DNA of 32,000 bases, taken from the NCBI GenBank assembly GCA_024407725.1, contig JAKSVZ010000002.1:51346-83345 (forward strand), read 5' to 3'. The position numbers and the translations under genes are program-made. Shown here piece by piece: positions 17,837 through 26,456 of the stretch (within the stretch, counting starts at the first letter, position 1; every line of letters begins with the position of its first letter). The notes under the pieces are model-generated. The model searched no databases. It was given only the letters and a program-made list of their open reading frames with translations, and was not told where the DNA came from. The DNA is from Opitutales bacterium (GTDB lineage: Bacteria > Verrucomicrobiota > Verrucomicrobiia > Opitutales > UBA9783).

Positions 17837-18834
17837 GCGTGTTTACGGCTTCTTAAGGCATACAACAAAGGGTCAACGGCAAGCAAAATGAAAGTAGCCC
17901 ATAAAAACCCACGGTACCGTTCAATCGGTTTCTTTTCGATACTTTCAAAATTTTCTTTAGGTAACTGTTTGAGGGCTAGGTCATAGATACGCTGTAATCC
18001 ATCGCCTGCATTTCCCAGCGGCGCGTAAAACCCTCCAGTTGCCGATGCAATAGTTTTCAGGGTCTGTTCATCCAAATGTGTAATAAGGGTATTCCCCTGA
18101 TCGTCCTTTTTGTAGGTTTGCGTTCCATTGGGAGCGTCGATCAGAATGCTTCCGCCTTGAGCCGTTCCAATACCAATCGTATGTACGACAATGCCCGCCT
18201 TTTTGAGTGTTTCGATGGCATGACCAACAGTTCCGCTTAAATCCTCACCGTCTGTAATCAGCATAAGGTGTTTGTAGGGTGCTTGAGGATTAAAACACTT
18301 TTGGGCTAACAGTAACGGAGCGGATAGGTTGGTTCCTCCGTGTTGAATGGTATCGGTGTTAATGGCCTGCAAAGAGGCTTTGAATGCACCAAAGTCGGTT
18401 GTGGGTGGGCATTGGAGAAAGGCGCTACCTGCAAACGCAATCAATCCCACTTGACTATCCTTGAGGGATTTTGAAAGGTCGAGGATGCTCATTTTGGCTA
18501 ACTCCAAGCGATTAGGTCGAACATCGTTTGCGAGCATACTTTTGGACGTATCGAGCGCAAAAAGCATGGTAACGCCCCTATGCGGTATTTTTTCTAGTCG
18601 AAAACCCCATTGTGGGCGGGCGATTGCAAGGTCAAAACTTATGATTGCAAGCATCAAACAGAACGTCCGAAGTGCTTGGCGAATCGGTTCATGAGGCGGA
18701 ACAATCGCTTGGGTTGCGGCTCCCCAACGCGCCAAACGTTTACGTTGGGTATAGCGTTGGCTTAGCATCCATGCGCTGACGCACAGGCTGATCAATACGG
18801 CTAACAAGCCTAATTTAGGGGATGCAAAGGTCAT
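17833..18834 (-). CDS. batB: BatB-like von Willebrand factor A (VWA) membrane protein
   Basis: 333 aa. N-terminal TM helices, MIDAS motif FALDTSKSM (DxSxS), LITDGED, and a C-terminal TM helix. Confidence 0.8.
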   Translation of the reverse strand: MTFASPKLGLLAVLISLCVSAWMLSQRYTQRKRLARWGAATQAIVPPHEPIRQALRTFCLMLAIISFDLAIARPQWGFRLEKIPHRGVTMLFALDTSKSMLANDVRPNRLELAKMSILDLSKSLKDSQVGLIAFAGSAFLQCPPTTDFGAFKASLQAINTDTIQHGGTNLSAPLLLAQKCFNPQAPYKHLMLITDGEDLSGTVGHAIETLKKAGIVVHTIGIGTAQGGSILIDAPNGTQTYKKDDQGNTLITHLDEQTLKTIASATGGFYAPLGNAGDGLQRIYDLALKQLPKENFESIEKKPIERYRGFLWATFILLAVDPLLYALRSRKHA

Positions 18835-19775
18835 GATACAACGCGATAACGGTACAAACGCAATACGGCTTCAGTTATTAATCCTAATGCAGCCAACAAA
18901 AGGAAGTATTGGAAATAATCGTTTTGGGTTTGATAATCTTCAGCGGCGTGTTTGCTGGTTTCCAGCGTATCGATTTCATGGTAAATCATACGCAGGGTTT
19001 TGAAATCATAGGCGCGATAGAATTTGCCTTGTGTGGTTTGAGCGATTGCCGACAAAACCGATTCGTCGGCAGGTAGCACCTGATCATTGCCTACTAAAAT
19101 GGTATAAATCTTAATATTGAAGCTTTTGGCCAATTTGGCGGCCATGGTTGGGGATATCGTACCGCAATTGTTAACCCCGTCGGTGAGTAAAATGATAATC
19201 CGACTTTTGTGCGCTTGGTCTTTCATGCGGTTAATGCCCATGGAGATGGCGCTACCAATAGCCGTTCCGTCTTCAATAAGTCCTGCCTTCAGCCGTTTCA
19301 GGTTATCCAGCAACCAATGATGCCGCAAGGTCAGGGGGCTTACCAAGTAAGGATAACGGGCAAAAGAAATAAGTCCGATGCGATCATTGGGACGCTGACG
19401 GATAAATTCTTCAATAACGTTCTTAGCTGCTTGAATACGGGTGGTACGATTGCCAAGGGAAGATACAAAATCGGGAGCCAGCATGGAGGTGGATAAATCA
19501 AGCGCCAATAAGATATCGATGCCATTTTTTTCGCTATCGGTGTATAAGGTAACCATTTGCGGGCGAGCCAGTGCTAAGATGATACACCCCAACGATAAGG
19601 CGCGCGCCAACAGAGGGATTTTAACAGGGTTGGTGGATAAAGGAACCAGCGCTTGAGTGGATGCATGAGCGACAAAGCGTTTTGCGTGCCACGTACGTAC
19701 AGCGTACCAATACCATACGGGAATCCATAGGAGGTTTAATAAAACCCAAAGGTGTTTGAAGGTAAAGGTGGTCAT
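18831..19775 (-). CDS. batA: BatA-like von Willebrand factor A (VWA) membrane protein
   Basis: 314 aa. Two N-terminal TM helices, MIDAS motif LALDLSTSM, LLTDGVNN, and a C-terminal TM helix. Confidence 0.8.
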   Translation of the reverse strand: MTTFTFKHLWVLLNLLWIPVWYWYAVRTWHAKRFVAHASTQALVPLSTNPVKIPLLARALSLGCIILALARPQMVTLYTDSEKNGIDILLALDLSTSMLAPDFVSSLGNRTTRIQAAKNVIEEFIRQRPNDRIGLISFARYPYLVSPLTLRHHWLLDNLKRLKAGLIEDGTAIGSAISMGINRMKDQAHKSRIIILLTDGVNNCGTISPTMAAKLAKSFNIKIYTILVGNDQVLPADESVLSAIAQTTQGKFYRAYDFKTLRMIYHEIDTLETSKHAAEDYQTQNDYFQYFLLLAALGLITEAVLRLYRYRVVS

Positions 19776-20440
19776 TACGATTTGGGTTGTTCCGATAAAA
19801 GTTCTGGATGCGCAAGCTTTTCTGATTTGTTTAGAATAAATTCAGCTTGCTGGAAAAGTTTCATGCGTTCGGAAGGCGTGCAGGGCAAGGTGGTAAATTT
19901 GATTAAGTCACACGCATGGCTAAATTGCGTAATCAACGTTCGTAATTCGTCATTGAGCCGTTCGCAATGTGGTAATTGCACCAAGAGCTCGTCGGTTGTA
20001 CATTCCGGCGCAGGCAACTGAAAAGTTTGGGATAGGTACAAACGTAAGGCGTCGGATAGCGCAAATCCTAGCAGTTTTGGATCGGGGGCATCTATATACT
20101 GTTTGGCGTTTTTTAACTGCTGGAGTGCCGCTTCTAATGGGGTAATGGATACCGTTACAGTTGGTTTTTTATGCATCCGCCGATAACCCAAATAACCGAT
20201 TAAGCACAGGAGTAGTAACAGGAGCACTCCATAAAGCAGTAAGGGAGAACCAAGCGGTTCGGCAGGACGGAGAGGCAGCAAAGTGTCGGTTATGGAAAAA
20301 TCATTGGCTTTTTGATTTGGATCAAACGTAACGCTTGGGTCGGGTGCTTGACCTAATGCGTTGGATGGAAGTGCAGCAGCGCTTAGAGGCAAGTTCCAGC
20401 AAAGTGCTAAGCAGCAAATAACGATACGAAGTTTAGCCAT
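19775..20440 (-). CDS. Single-pass membrane protein, DUF4381-like (the conserved hypothetical gene between DUF58 and BatA in Bat operons)
   Basis: 221 aa. Signal-like N-terminus, one strong TM helix (LLLYGVLLLLLLCLIGYLGY) followed by RRMHKK, then a helical domain containing T.DEL... and D.IKF motifs as I recall for DUF4381. Start and stop each share 1 nt with the neighbouring gene (TAATG junctions). Confidence 0.6.
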   Translation of the reverse strand: MAKLRIVICCLALCWNLPLSAAALPSNALGQAPDPSVTFDPNQKANDFSITDTLLPLRPAEPLGSPLLLYGVLLLLLLCLIGYLGYRRMHKKPTVTVSITPLEAALQQLKNAKQYIDAPDPKLLGFALSDALRLYLSQTFQLPAPECTTDELLVQLPHCERLNDELRTLITQFSHACDLIKFTTLPCTPSERMKLFQQAEFILNKSEKLAHPELLSEQPKS

Positions 20441-21336
20441 TAGGATTTACGCTGAATAAATAGATTAAGGGCGTTTATATACGGTTGTTGGTTGGTGAGG
20501 GTTAACATACGAACCCCGTACTGTTGACTTGCTTTTTCGAATGCCTGCCACTGAGCCTTTTGATGTTGTTCATAAACAGCGCGTGTGTGTGCATTTCCGG
20601 TATCCACATAAAGCGTTTGTTGGGTTTCTGCATCCTCTAAAGCAATAAATCCTACATTGGGTAGCGTTTGTTCGCGCGGATCTTCTAAACGGATGCACAA
20701 CAGGTCATGCTTTTGTTTGATCCGACGGAGCGTTTTGAACAACTTATCTTGGTCAGCCGATGCCGGTTGGATGAAATCAGACAAAACGCATACAATCGAC
20801 CGTTTTTTCAGCAATTGCATCAAGGCTTGCAGGCTACTTACTAAATCGGTTTGTTGGTGTTGCGCTTGGAAGAACAGCCCTTTGCGAATAAAGGTATAGA
20901 GTTGGTTTGGGCTCCTTTTGGGAGGAATAAACGTTTCGATGTGGTCGGAGCATAAGCATAACCCCACACGGTCGCGATTTTTTAACGCAGAAAAGGCCAA
21001 AGTAGCTCCGATTTCGGTTGCAAATTGGCGTTTGGATATGCCGGTTCCGCATGCAACCGATCCGCTGATATCCATAACCACCAGAAGGGTTAAATCCCGC
21101 TCTTCGCAAAAAATCTTAACCACCGGCTTATTCAGTTTGGCGGTTGAATTCCAATCGATTGAGCGGATATCATCTCCAAAGGCATACGGACGTAAGGAGT
21201 CGAACACCAATCCGTTGCCCTTAAAGGTACTGCTGTAGGTGCCAGACAAACCGCCTTCTGTTTTAACTCGGTTTGTTAAATGAACAGCGCGAATTTTTTT
21301 AATAATTGCGCTTACAGCTGCGTCTTCTGGGGTCAC
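20440..21336 (-). CDS. DUF58-family protein (MoxR-associated, VWA-like fold)
   Basis: 298 aa. The block FGDDIRSIDWNSTAKL matches the DUF58 signature (D.R.IdW.asar). Always paired with MoxR in this operon type. The start overlaps the moxR stop by 4 bp. Confidence 0.8.
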   Translation of the reverse strand: MTPEDAAVSAIIKKIRAVHLTNRVKTEGGLSGTYSSTFKGNGLVFDSLRPYAFGDDIRSIDWNSTAKLNKPVVKIFCEERDLTLLVVMDISGSVACGTGISKRQFATEIGATLAFSALKNRDRVGLCLCSDHIETFIPPKRSPNQLYTFIRKGLFFQAQHQQTDLVSSLQALMQLLKKRSIVCVLSDFIQPASADQDKLFKTLRRIKQKHDLLCIRLEDPREQTLPNVGFIALEDAETQQTLYVDTGNAHTRAVYEQHQKAQWQAFEKASQQYGVRMLTLTNQQPYINALNLFIQRKS

Positions 21337-22337
21337 GGAACAGGGATGGTTTCTAAAATCTTGGTAATGATTTGGTTGCTGGTTACCTTATCCGATTCCG
21401 CTTCGTAAGATAAGTTAATACGGTGACGCAAAGCTGGGAAGGCAACCGACTTAACATCTTGCGGGACTACATACCCACGACCTTGTAAGAACGCATGGAC
21501 TTTAGCAGCAATCGCGAGTGCAATGACTCCACGAGACGATACGCCAAAGCGCAGCAAGGGTTTAATAGTCTCCAAATGGTAATCCTCAGGCGTACGGGTT
21601 GCTTGAACCAAATCGACAATGTAGTTTTCAATTTTAGCATCGATGTAAATCTTATCGATCCACCGTTGGGTTTCAAAAATTTCTTTTTCGGAAAAGAGCA
21701 CATTGACCGGTTCAGGAGCCTGCAATTGACTTTGAGTTTTAAGGATTTTTAGCTCAGTTTCTTTGGACGGATACGTTACCTCTAATTGCAACATAAAGCG
21801 GTCGATTTGCGCTTCTGGCAACGGATAGGTTCCTTCTTGCTCAATAGGATTTTGGGTCGCTAGCACAAAAAAGGGTTTGGGTAACGCATACGTTGTGTCT
21901 CCTAACGTCACTTGGTGCTCTTGCATGCTTTCTAACAGAGCGCTTTGTACCTTTGATGGTGCACGATTGATTTCATCTGCCAATAAGATATGGGTGAAAA
22001 TAGGCCCCTTTTTGGTGGTAAAACTACCGGCGTTTGGGTTATAGATTAGCGTTCCGGTAATATCGGAAGGCAGTAAATCAGGCGTAAATTGAATGCGGTT
22101 GAACTGCAATTTAAAGACCTGCGCTAAGGTTTTGATCAGCAGGGTTTTCCCTAAACCTGGCAGTCCTTCCAGCAACACGTGTCCATTACCCAATAAACCA
22201 ATCAATAATCCTTCGAGTACATGGCTATCTCCCAAATAGGTTTTGGAAATTTCCAGCTTCAACTGTTCAATCCACCCACTGTGTGCTTGAATTTGCTCGT
22301 TGAGTTCACTTAAAGAAAGGGTGTCGGATGTTGTCAT
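21333..22337 (-). CDS. moxR: MoxR-family AAA+ ATPase
   Basis: 334 aa. Walker A GLPGLGKT, Walker B LLADEINRAP, ATQNPIEQEGTYPLPEAQIDRF, and the C-terminal AAA lid (GVSSRG). A classic MoxR subfamily pattern. Confidence 0.9.
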   Translation of the reverse strand: MTTSDTLSLSELNEQIQAHSGWIEQLKLEISKTYLGDSHVLEGLLIGLLGNGHVLLEGLPGLGKTLLIKTLAQVFKLQFNRIQFTPDLLPSDITGTLIYNPNAGSFTTKKGPIFTHILLADEINRAPSKVQSALLESMQEHQVTLGDTTYALPKPFFVLATQNPIEQEGTYPLPEAQIDRFMLQLEVTYPSKETELKILKTQSQLQAPEPVNVLFSEKEIFETQRWIDKIYIDAKIENYIVDLVQATRTPEDYHLETIKPLLRFGVSSRGVIALAIAAKVHAFLQGRGYVVPQDVKSVAFPALRHRINLSYEAESDKVTSNQIITKILETIPVP

Positions 22338-22394
22338 AAATTATTGTCAATCAGTGTACCCAAGCGGCTGCAATAGGCAACCTAAATTCGGGCG

Positions 22395-23567
22395 TTATAA
22401 TGCGTCCGAAGGGTTGTTGTTTTGGGTGTCTAATTTGAAAAACGAAGGGTTCAGCAGCGGGAATTTGAGGTATAAAATCGACCCTGTGTGTTCCTTGCTT
22501 TCAATCTCTACCCATCCGTTGTGTTCCTGCATGATGCGGCGGATGATCAGCATTCCAATTCCATGCCCATTCGGCTTATGCGATTCAGGCGTATGAGAGA
22601 GCATTTGGGTTGTTTGAGCACCCGAAATACCACAGCCGGAATCTGCAAACGCTAATGTTAGGTAGCGCCCATCTTGTTGACCCGTAATGCGGATCCAACC
22701 CTTGCTGCCGATTGCCTCAATGGAGTTTTTTAGGACGTTGAAAAACACCTGCTGTAAACGAGGTTTGTCGAGCTCAATGGATGGCAAGGCCTTCGGGATA
22801 TTCAACTCAACGCTAATATTGAGGTCATCTAGTTGAGGTTTGAGTACTGCCAAAACGGAATTGAGAACCGATGTAACCAACCCCTCTTGCAGTTGAACAG
22901 CCTGAGGGCGTACCGCTTGCAAGAAATGTTGAATGATTTCGTTAAGGCGTTGAATTTCGTCTAAACACACCTGAATTGATTGGCGGGTCGATGGCGATGG
23001 GTTGTTAGCTTGCAACGAACGTTTTAGGAGCTGCAAATGAATGTGGATGGAGTTTAAAGGATTGCCTAACTCATGCGCTACCTCAGAAGCTAATTGTGTG
23101 ATGGCATCAAAACGCTCCTGCAAGCGTTGTTCTTCCGACGCTTGATGCTCCTGAGTAATATCCTGAAGCAGGATGATAAATTGATGGCGAGTGGCATTGG
23201 CTCGAAAATATTGCATGTGAAGCCGCACCCAACGCTTTTCGGGATAGGTCAATTCGGTTTCTTTGGCAATCACATCGGGAACAATGGATTTCGGCTTGGT
23301 AAACAACGGCTTTAGCAGCGGAATCCAATGCCATAAGGGGGTAGCTTTGCGGTAATCCTTTGGCAACCCCAATAAGCGTTGCGCCGCCAGGTTGTAAAAT
23401 TCAATGTCTCCGGTGGCGTTGGTGAGTACAATGGCTTCTTGGAGTAGGTTAAAGATGGAAGCTAGTAGGTCGTGTTCTTGATCTAGGTACTGTAGGTTTT
23501 GATCCAACTCTTTCCCTTTCAACGAGGGAATGCGTTGGTAAACCTTATGGTACGTGCCGTTTTTCAT
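22395..23567 (-). CDS. Soluble PAS-domain sensor histidine kinase (NtrB/AtoS-like), with no cognate response regulator in the window
   Basis: 390 aa and no TM segment. PAS-like N-terminus (LLASIFNLLQEAIVLTNATGDIEFYN), H-box EVAHELGNPLNSI, N-box FNVLKNSIEA, G1 DSGCGI, G2 GHGIGMLI. Confidence 0.85.
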   Translation of the reverse strand: MKNGTYHKVYQRIPSLKGKELDQNLQYLDQEHDLLASIFNLLQEAIVLTNATGDIEFYNLAAQRLLGLPKDYRKATPLWHWIPLLKPLFTKPKSIVPDVIAKETELTYPEKRWVRLHMQYFRANATRHQFIILLQDITQEHQASEEQRLQERFDAITQLASEVAHELGNPLNSIHIHLQLLKRSLQANNPSPSTRQSIQVCLDEIQRLNEIIQHFLQAVRPQAVQLQEGLVTSVLNSVLAVLKPQLDDLNISVELNIPKALPSIELDKPRLQQVFFNVLKNSIEAIGSKGWIRITGQQDGRYLTLAFADSGCGISGAQTTQMLSHTPESHKPNGHGIGMLIIRRIMQEHNGWVEIESKEHTGSILYLKFPLLNPSFFKLDTQNNNPSDAL

Positions 23568-24335
23568 TTAGGTGCGTTGAGGGGTACCCTTGGATGCTGC
23601 TCCTTGGTTGGCAACTGCTTGCTGTGCCTTTTCTACCGCCGCGGCATCGCCCAAATAGTAATGGCGTATAGGGGTCAAATTGTCCTCTAGTTCATAAACT
23701 AAGGGAATACCGGTAGGAATGTTCAATTGCGCAATGGTATCGTTGGATAAATGGTCTAAATGCTGTACCAATGCCCTGAGTGAGTTCCCATGAGCCGTTA
23801 TAATGATGCGCTGACCCGATTGAATAGCGGGTGCTAACGTAGCGTTCCAGTAAGGCAATAAGCGGTCGAGCGTATCTTTTAAACATTCTCCCGTAGGGAT
23901 TTCTGCGATTGGAACACCGGCATAACGTGGGTCAGAACCTGGATATCGAGGGTCCGATGGTTCCAACTTAGGCGGTTGTACATCATAGCTTCGGCGCCAC
24001 AAATGAACTTGTTCGGCTCCATAACGGTCGGCAGTTTCGGTTTTATTCAACCCCTGCAACGCCCCATAATGGCGTTCGTTGAGCCGCCAACAGCGTTCAA
24101 CCGGAATCCACATCAGGTCGAGCTCATCTAAAACAAGCCATAGCGTACGAATGGCGCGCTTTAACACAGAGGTATAGGCACGATCGAACGAAAACTTCGC
24201 TTCTTTTAACAATTTCGCCGCTTGTTTCGCTTCTTGTATGCCTTTTGGGGAAAGATCAATGTCGGTCCATCCGGTAAAACGGTTTTCCGTATTCCAAAGA
24301 CTTTCTCCGTGTCGTAACAAAACCAATTGTTTCAT
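23568..24335 (-). CDS. gpmA: 2,3-bisphosphoglycerate-dependent phosphoglycerate mutase
   Basis: 255 aa. [34 protein letters not shown] and [11 protein letters not shown] are the dPGM catalytic motifs. Its stop TAA (23570-23568) is directly followed by the kinase ATG (23567-23565). Confidence 0.9.
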   Translation of the reverse strand: MKQLVLLRHGESLWNTENRFTGWTDIDLSPKGIQEAKQAAKLLKEAKFSFDRAYTSVLKRAIRTLWLVLDELDLMWIPVERCWRLNERHYGALQGLNKTETADRYGAEQVHLWRRSYDVQPPKLEPSDPRYPGSDPRYAGVPIAEIPTGECLKDTLDRLLPYWNATLAPAIQSGQRIIITAHGNSLRALVQHLDHLSNDTIAQLNIPTGIPLVYELEDNLTPIRHYYLGDAAAVEKAQQAVANQGAASKGTPQRT

Positions 24336-24399
24336 GATTCTAGCCTAGCACAAATTACCATGAGACAAAAGGGTTAAAACATTAGGGCTTATTATAGCC

Positions 24400-25299
24400 T
24401 TATAGCTTTTCGTTCAGCGACAGGGATGCTTGGGTATCGGCGTAAGGCAAATGGCAGGCTTTTTCAAAACAATTGGACCAAAAAGCCTTAAAATCCTCAG
24501 CCGAAATTTCCTCGGGGCAATAATCCTCAGCGCCGACGTATTCAATGCCGAGCAGTTGGGTTTGTGGAAAATCCTGCTTGAGCGCATCATACGCGTCGGT
24601 TAAATTTTGCGCACGATCATCCACAAAAATGATACATTTGGGGTTCAATTGCAGCTTTTTCAAGAATGCGCATAGCACCGTGCCTTTGTTGGTTGTACCC
24701 TTTTCGCTGTTGGAAAACAAAACCCCTTTGTAAAACGTTGGATAATTGCCACGGTACATCGGTAAGGTATTAAAAACCAGATAGGATTCCGCGAACGAAT
24801 CATCGAACGATAGCTTTTTTTCTTTCAGCGATTGATACCGTAGGTCTTCAACGGATCGACCTTCAAAATCTCCTGTTAGCGTGGCGGTTAGGGCAATTAC
24901 CTTAATCCCCTTTGAACGAACGACCTGCAACAAGGGATAAATCCCTTCATCCACTAAGCGTTGGGGAAGCAGGAAGTTGTATAAAAAGGGAAGCGAAGTA
25001 TCCATGGTTGGATAATGCCGTTGGATATCGTGATAAATCGCTAAATGCTTACGTACATTTGGGGCATAAGCAGCAGGATGTTTCGGTTGCAGTAGCGTCA
25101 TGTCGATATCGAAAATACACAAAATATCGTTGGGAGCATAAAGCTTAAGCGACGGTTGAATATAGGCCGTTACTTCCTCCATGCTTTTTAATGTAGTGCT
25201 AACTCCCCGTTGATTGACCATAGTGCTTAAGATCCAAATTGCAGAGAATGTAAAAACAATTTGTAGTATCTTTTTACAATAGTTCATGTCGATCAGCAA
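24400..25299 (-). CDS. Exported or membrane-anchored HAD-superfamily hydrolase-like protein (possibly the DUF2608 family)
   Basis: 299 aa. N-terminal hydrophobic anchor/signal (ILQIVFTFSAIWILSTMV). HAD motif I FDIDMTLL (DxDxT), motif II VIALTATL, motif IV IIFVDDRAQN. The family name is from memory and needs an HMM check. Confidence 0.6.
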   Translation of the reverse strand: MLIDMNYCKKILQIVFTFSAIWILSTMVNQRGVSTTLKSMEEVTAYIQPSLKLYAPNDILCIFDIDMTLLQPKHPAAYAPNVRKHLAIYHDIQRHYPTMDTSLPFLYNFLLPQRLVDEGIYPLLQVVRSKGIKVIALTATLTGDFEGRSVEDLRYQSLKEKKLSFDDSFAESYLVFNTLPMYRGNYPTFYKGVLFSNSEKGTTNKGTVLCAFLKKLQLNPKCIIFVDDRAQNLTDAYDALKQDFPQTQLLGIEYVGAEDYCPEEISAEDFKAFWSNCFEKACHLPYADTQASLSLNEKL

Positions 25300-25323
25300 G
25301 CATAAACCTGATAGGCTGCGGAA

Positions 25324-26436
25324 TTAATGTTGAATAATGCGCTTGAGTAGGGGAATAGCAATCAACCATAAAGCAATCGGTGGAATCCATACTAACCAAT
25401 CAGGGCGCCATTGCGGAGCCGCTTCCAGCCAAGAAATTGCCATGATAAGGGTATAAAAGCCCATAGCTAGTCCAATAGCCAAAACAAGGTTGATAGAGGT
25501 TTCGGTTCGGCTAAAGCGAATGCTGAGGGGAATGGCAATCAGAATCATGGCTAGAATTCCGAAGCCAAAAACAGCATTTCTTTGGATTTCAAGCCGAGCC
25601 AATACCTTTTCTTTTAGGGAGTGTGCTCGGGCAAATTCGCCGCGCAATTCAGTTAAGGTCATGTGCCCTAAGCGCTTTCTAAAGAATAGATTGCCCAATA
25701 GATGCGATAACGGGAGCGCTATTTCTGTGCTTGTAAACGCAATGGGTTGCGTATGAATGGTGTCGCCCGATTGCATTAAATATTTTTCGCCGGAACCGTT
25801 GAGCAAGGTGAACAGTAAGCGATTGCTTTTGTTATCGTAGCGCAACAATCCCTTTTTTGCGTGCAGTGCCATATTAACCCCCGAGGATTGACTTCCGTCC
25901 AATTCCCACAGCCAGCAGTTTTCTACCCAATCCCGATGCTTTTGCTCAATAAAAAACACATAGCCAGGGAAATCTTTTACAAACGTACCAGTTTGAATGA
26001 ACTGCAGAGGCTTTTGGCGAATCAGGTTGGTTAATGCGGTTCGGTAATAAACAATGGAATGAGGCCCCCAATGAAAGTTGACGATCAAGGTAAATAAGGT
26101 GCCTAAGGAGGCTAAAAATAAAAACGGGGCAATAATTGTATACGGACTAATACCGGATGCCTTCATTGCCAGCAGTTCGTTGTGGGATGAAAGCCTTCCG
26201 AGCACCAACAGCGTGGCGGTTAATACCCCCAATGGCAGGGAGTAAGCAATCATCGAAGGGATTAAGTGCCACAGAATGTCAATGAAGAACGGCAGTTGAA
26301 TTTTGCCGCTCGCTAGCATGGGCAGCACTTCTTTTACGGCATTCCCTATGATTAAGATAAATACAAATAAGCAAACCGTACTGGCACACGCTACCAAAAA
26401 CTGACGCATCAAATAGCGTTGGAGGGTATTAAACAT
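25324..26436 (-). CDS. LptF/LptG-family LPS export permease (YjgP/YjgQ)
   Basis: 370 aa. N-terminus LQRYLMRQFLVACASTVCLFVFILIIGN is typical of the family. Topology is 3 TM helices, a large periplasmic beta-jellyroll-sized loop, then 3 TM helices. I cannot tell LptF from LptG. Confidence 0.75.
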   Translation of the reverse strand: MFNTLQRYLMRQFLVACASTVCLFVFILIIGNAVKEVLPMLASGKIQLPFFIDILWHLIPSMIAYSLPLGVLTATLLVLGRLSSHNELLAMKASGISPYTIIAPFLFLASLGTLFTLIVNFHWGPHSIVYYRTALTNLIRQKPLQFIQTGTFVKDFPGYVFFIEQKHRDWVENCWLWELDGSQSSGVNMALHAKKGLLRYDNKSNRLLFTLLNGSGEKYLMQSGDTIHTQPIAFTSTEIALPLSHLLGNLFFRKRLGHMTLTELRGEFARAHSLKEKVLARLEIQRNAVFGFGILAMILIAIPLSIRFSRTETSINLVLAIGLAMGFYTLIMAISWLEAAPQWRPDWLVWIPPIALWLIAIPLLKRIIQH

Positions 26437-26456
26437 AACGTACGGTTTGGGCTATT

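Noticed and set aside
13094-22337. The MoxR/VWA/TPR cluster, considered as a candidate novel defence or secretion system
   Set aside because: Gene content and order match the long-known Bat (Bacteroides aerotolerance) operon family. It is functionally obscure but not undescribed. There are no nuclease, helicase, methylase, reverse transcriptase or toxin-like components nearby.
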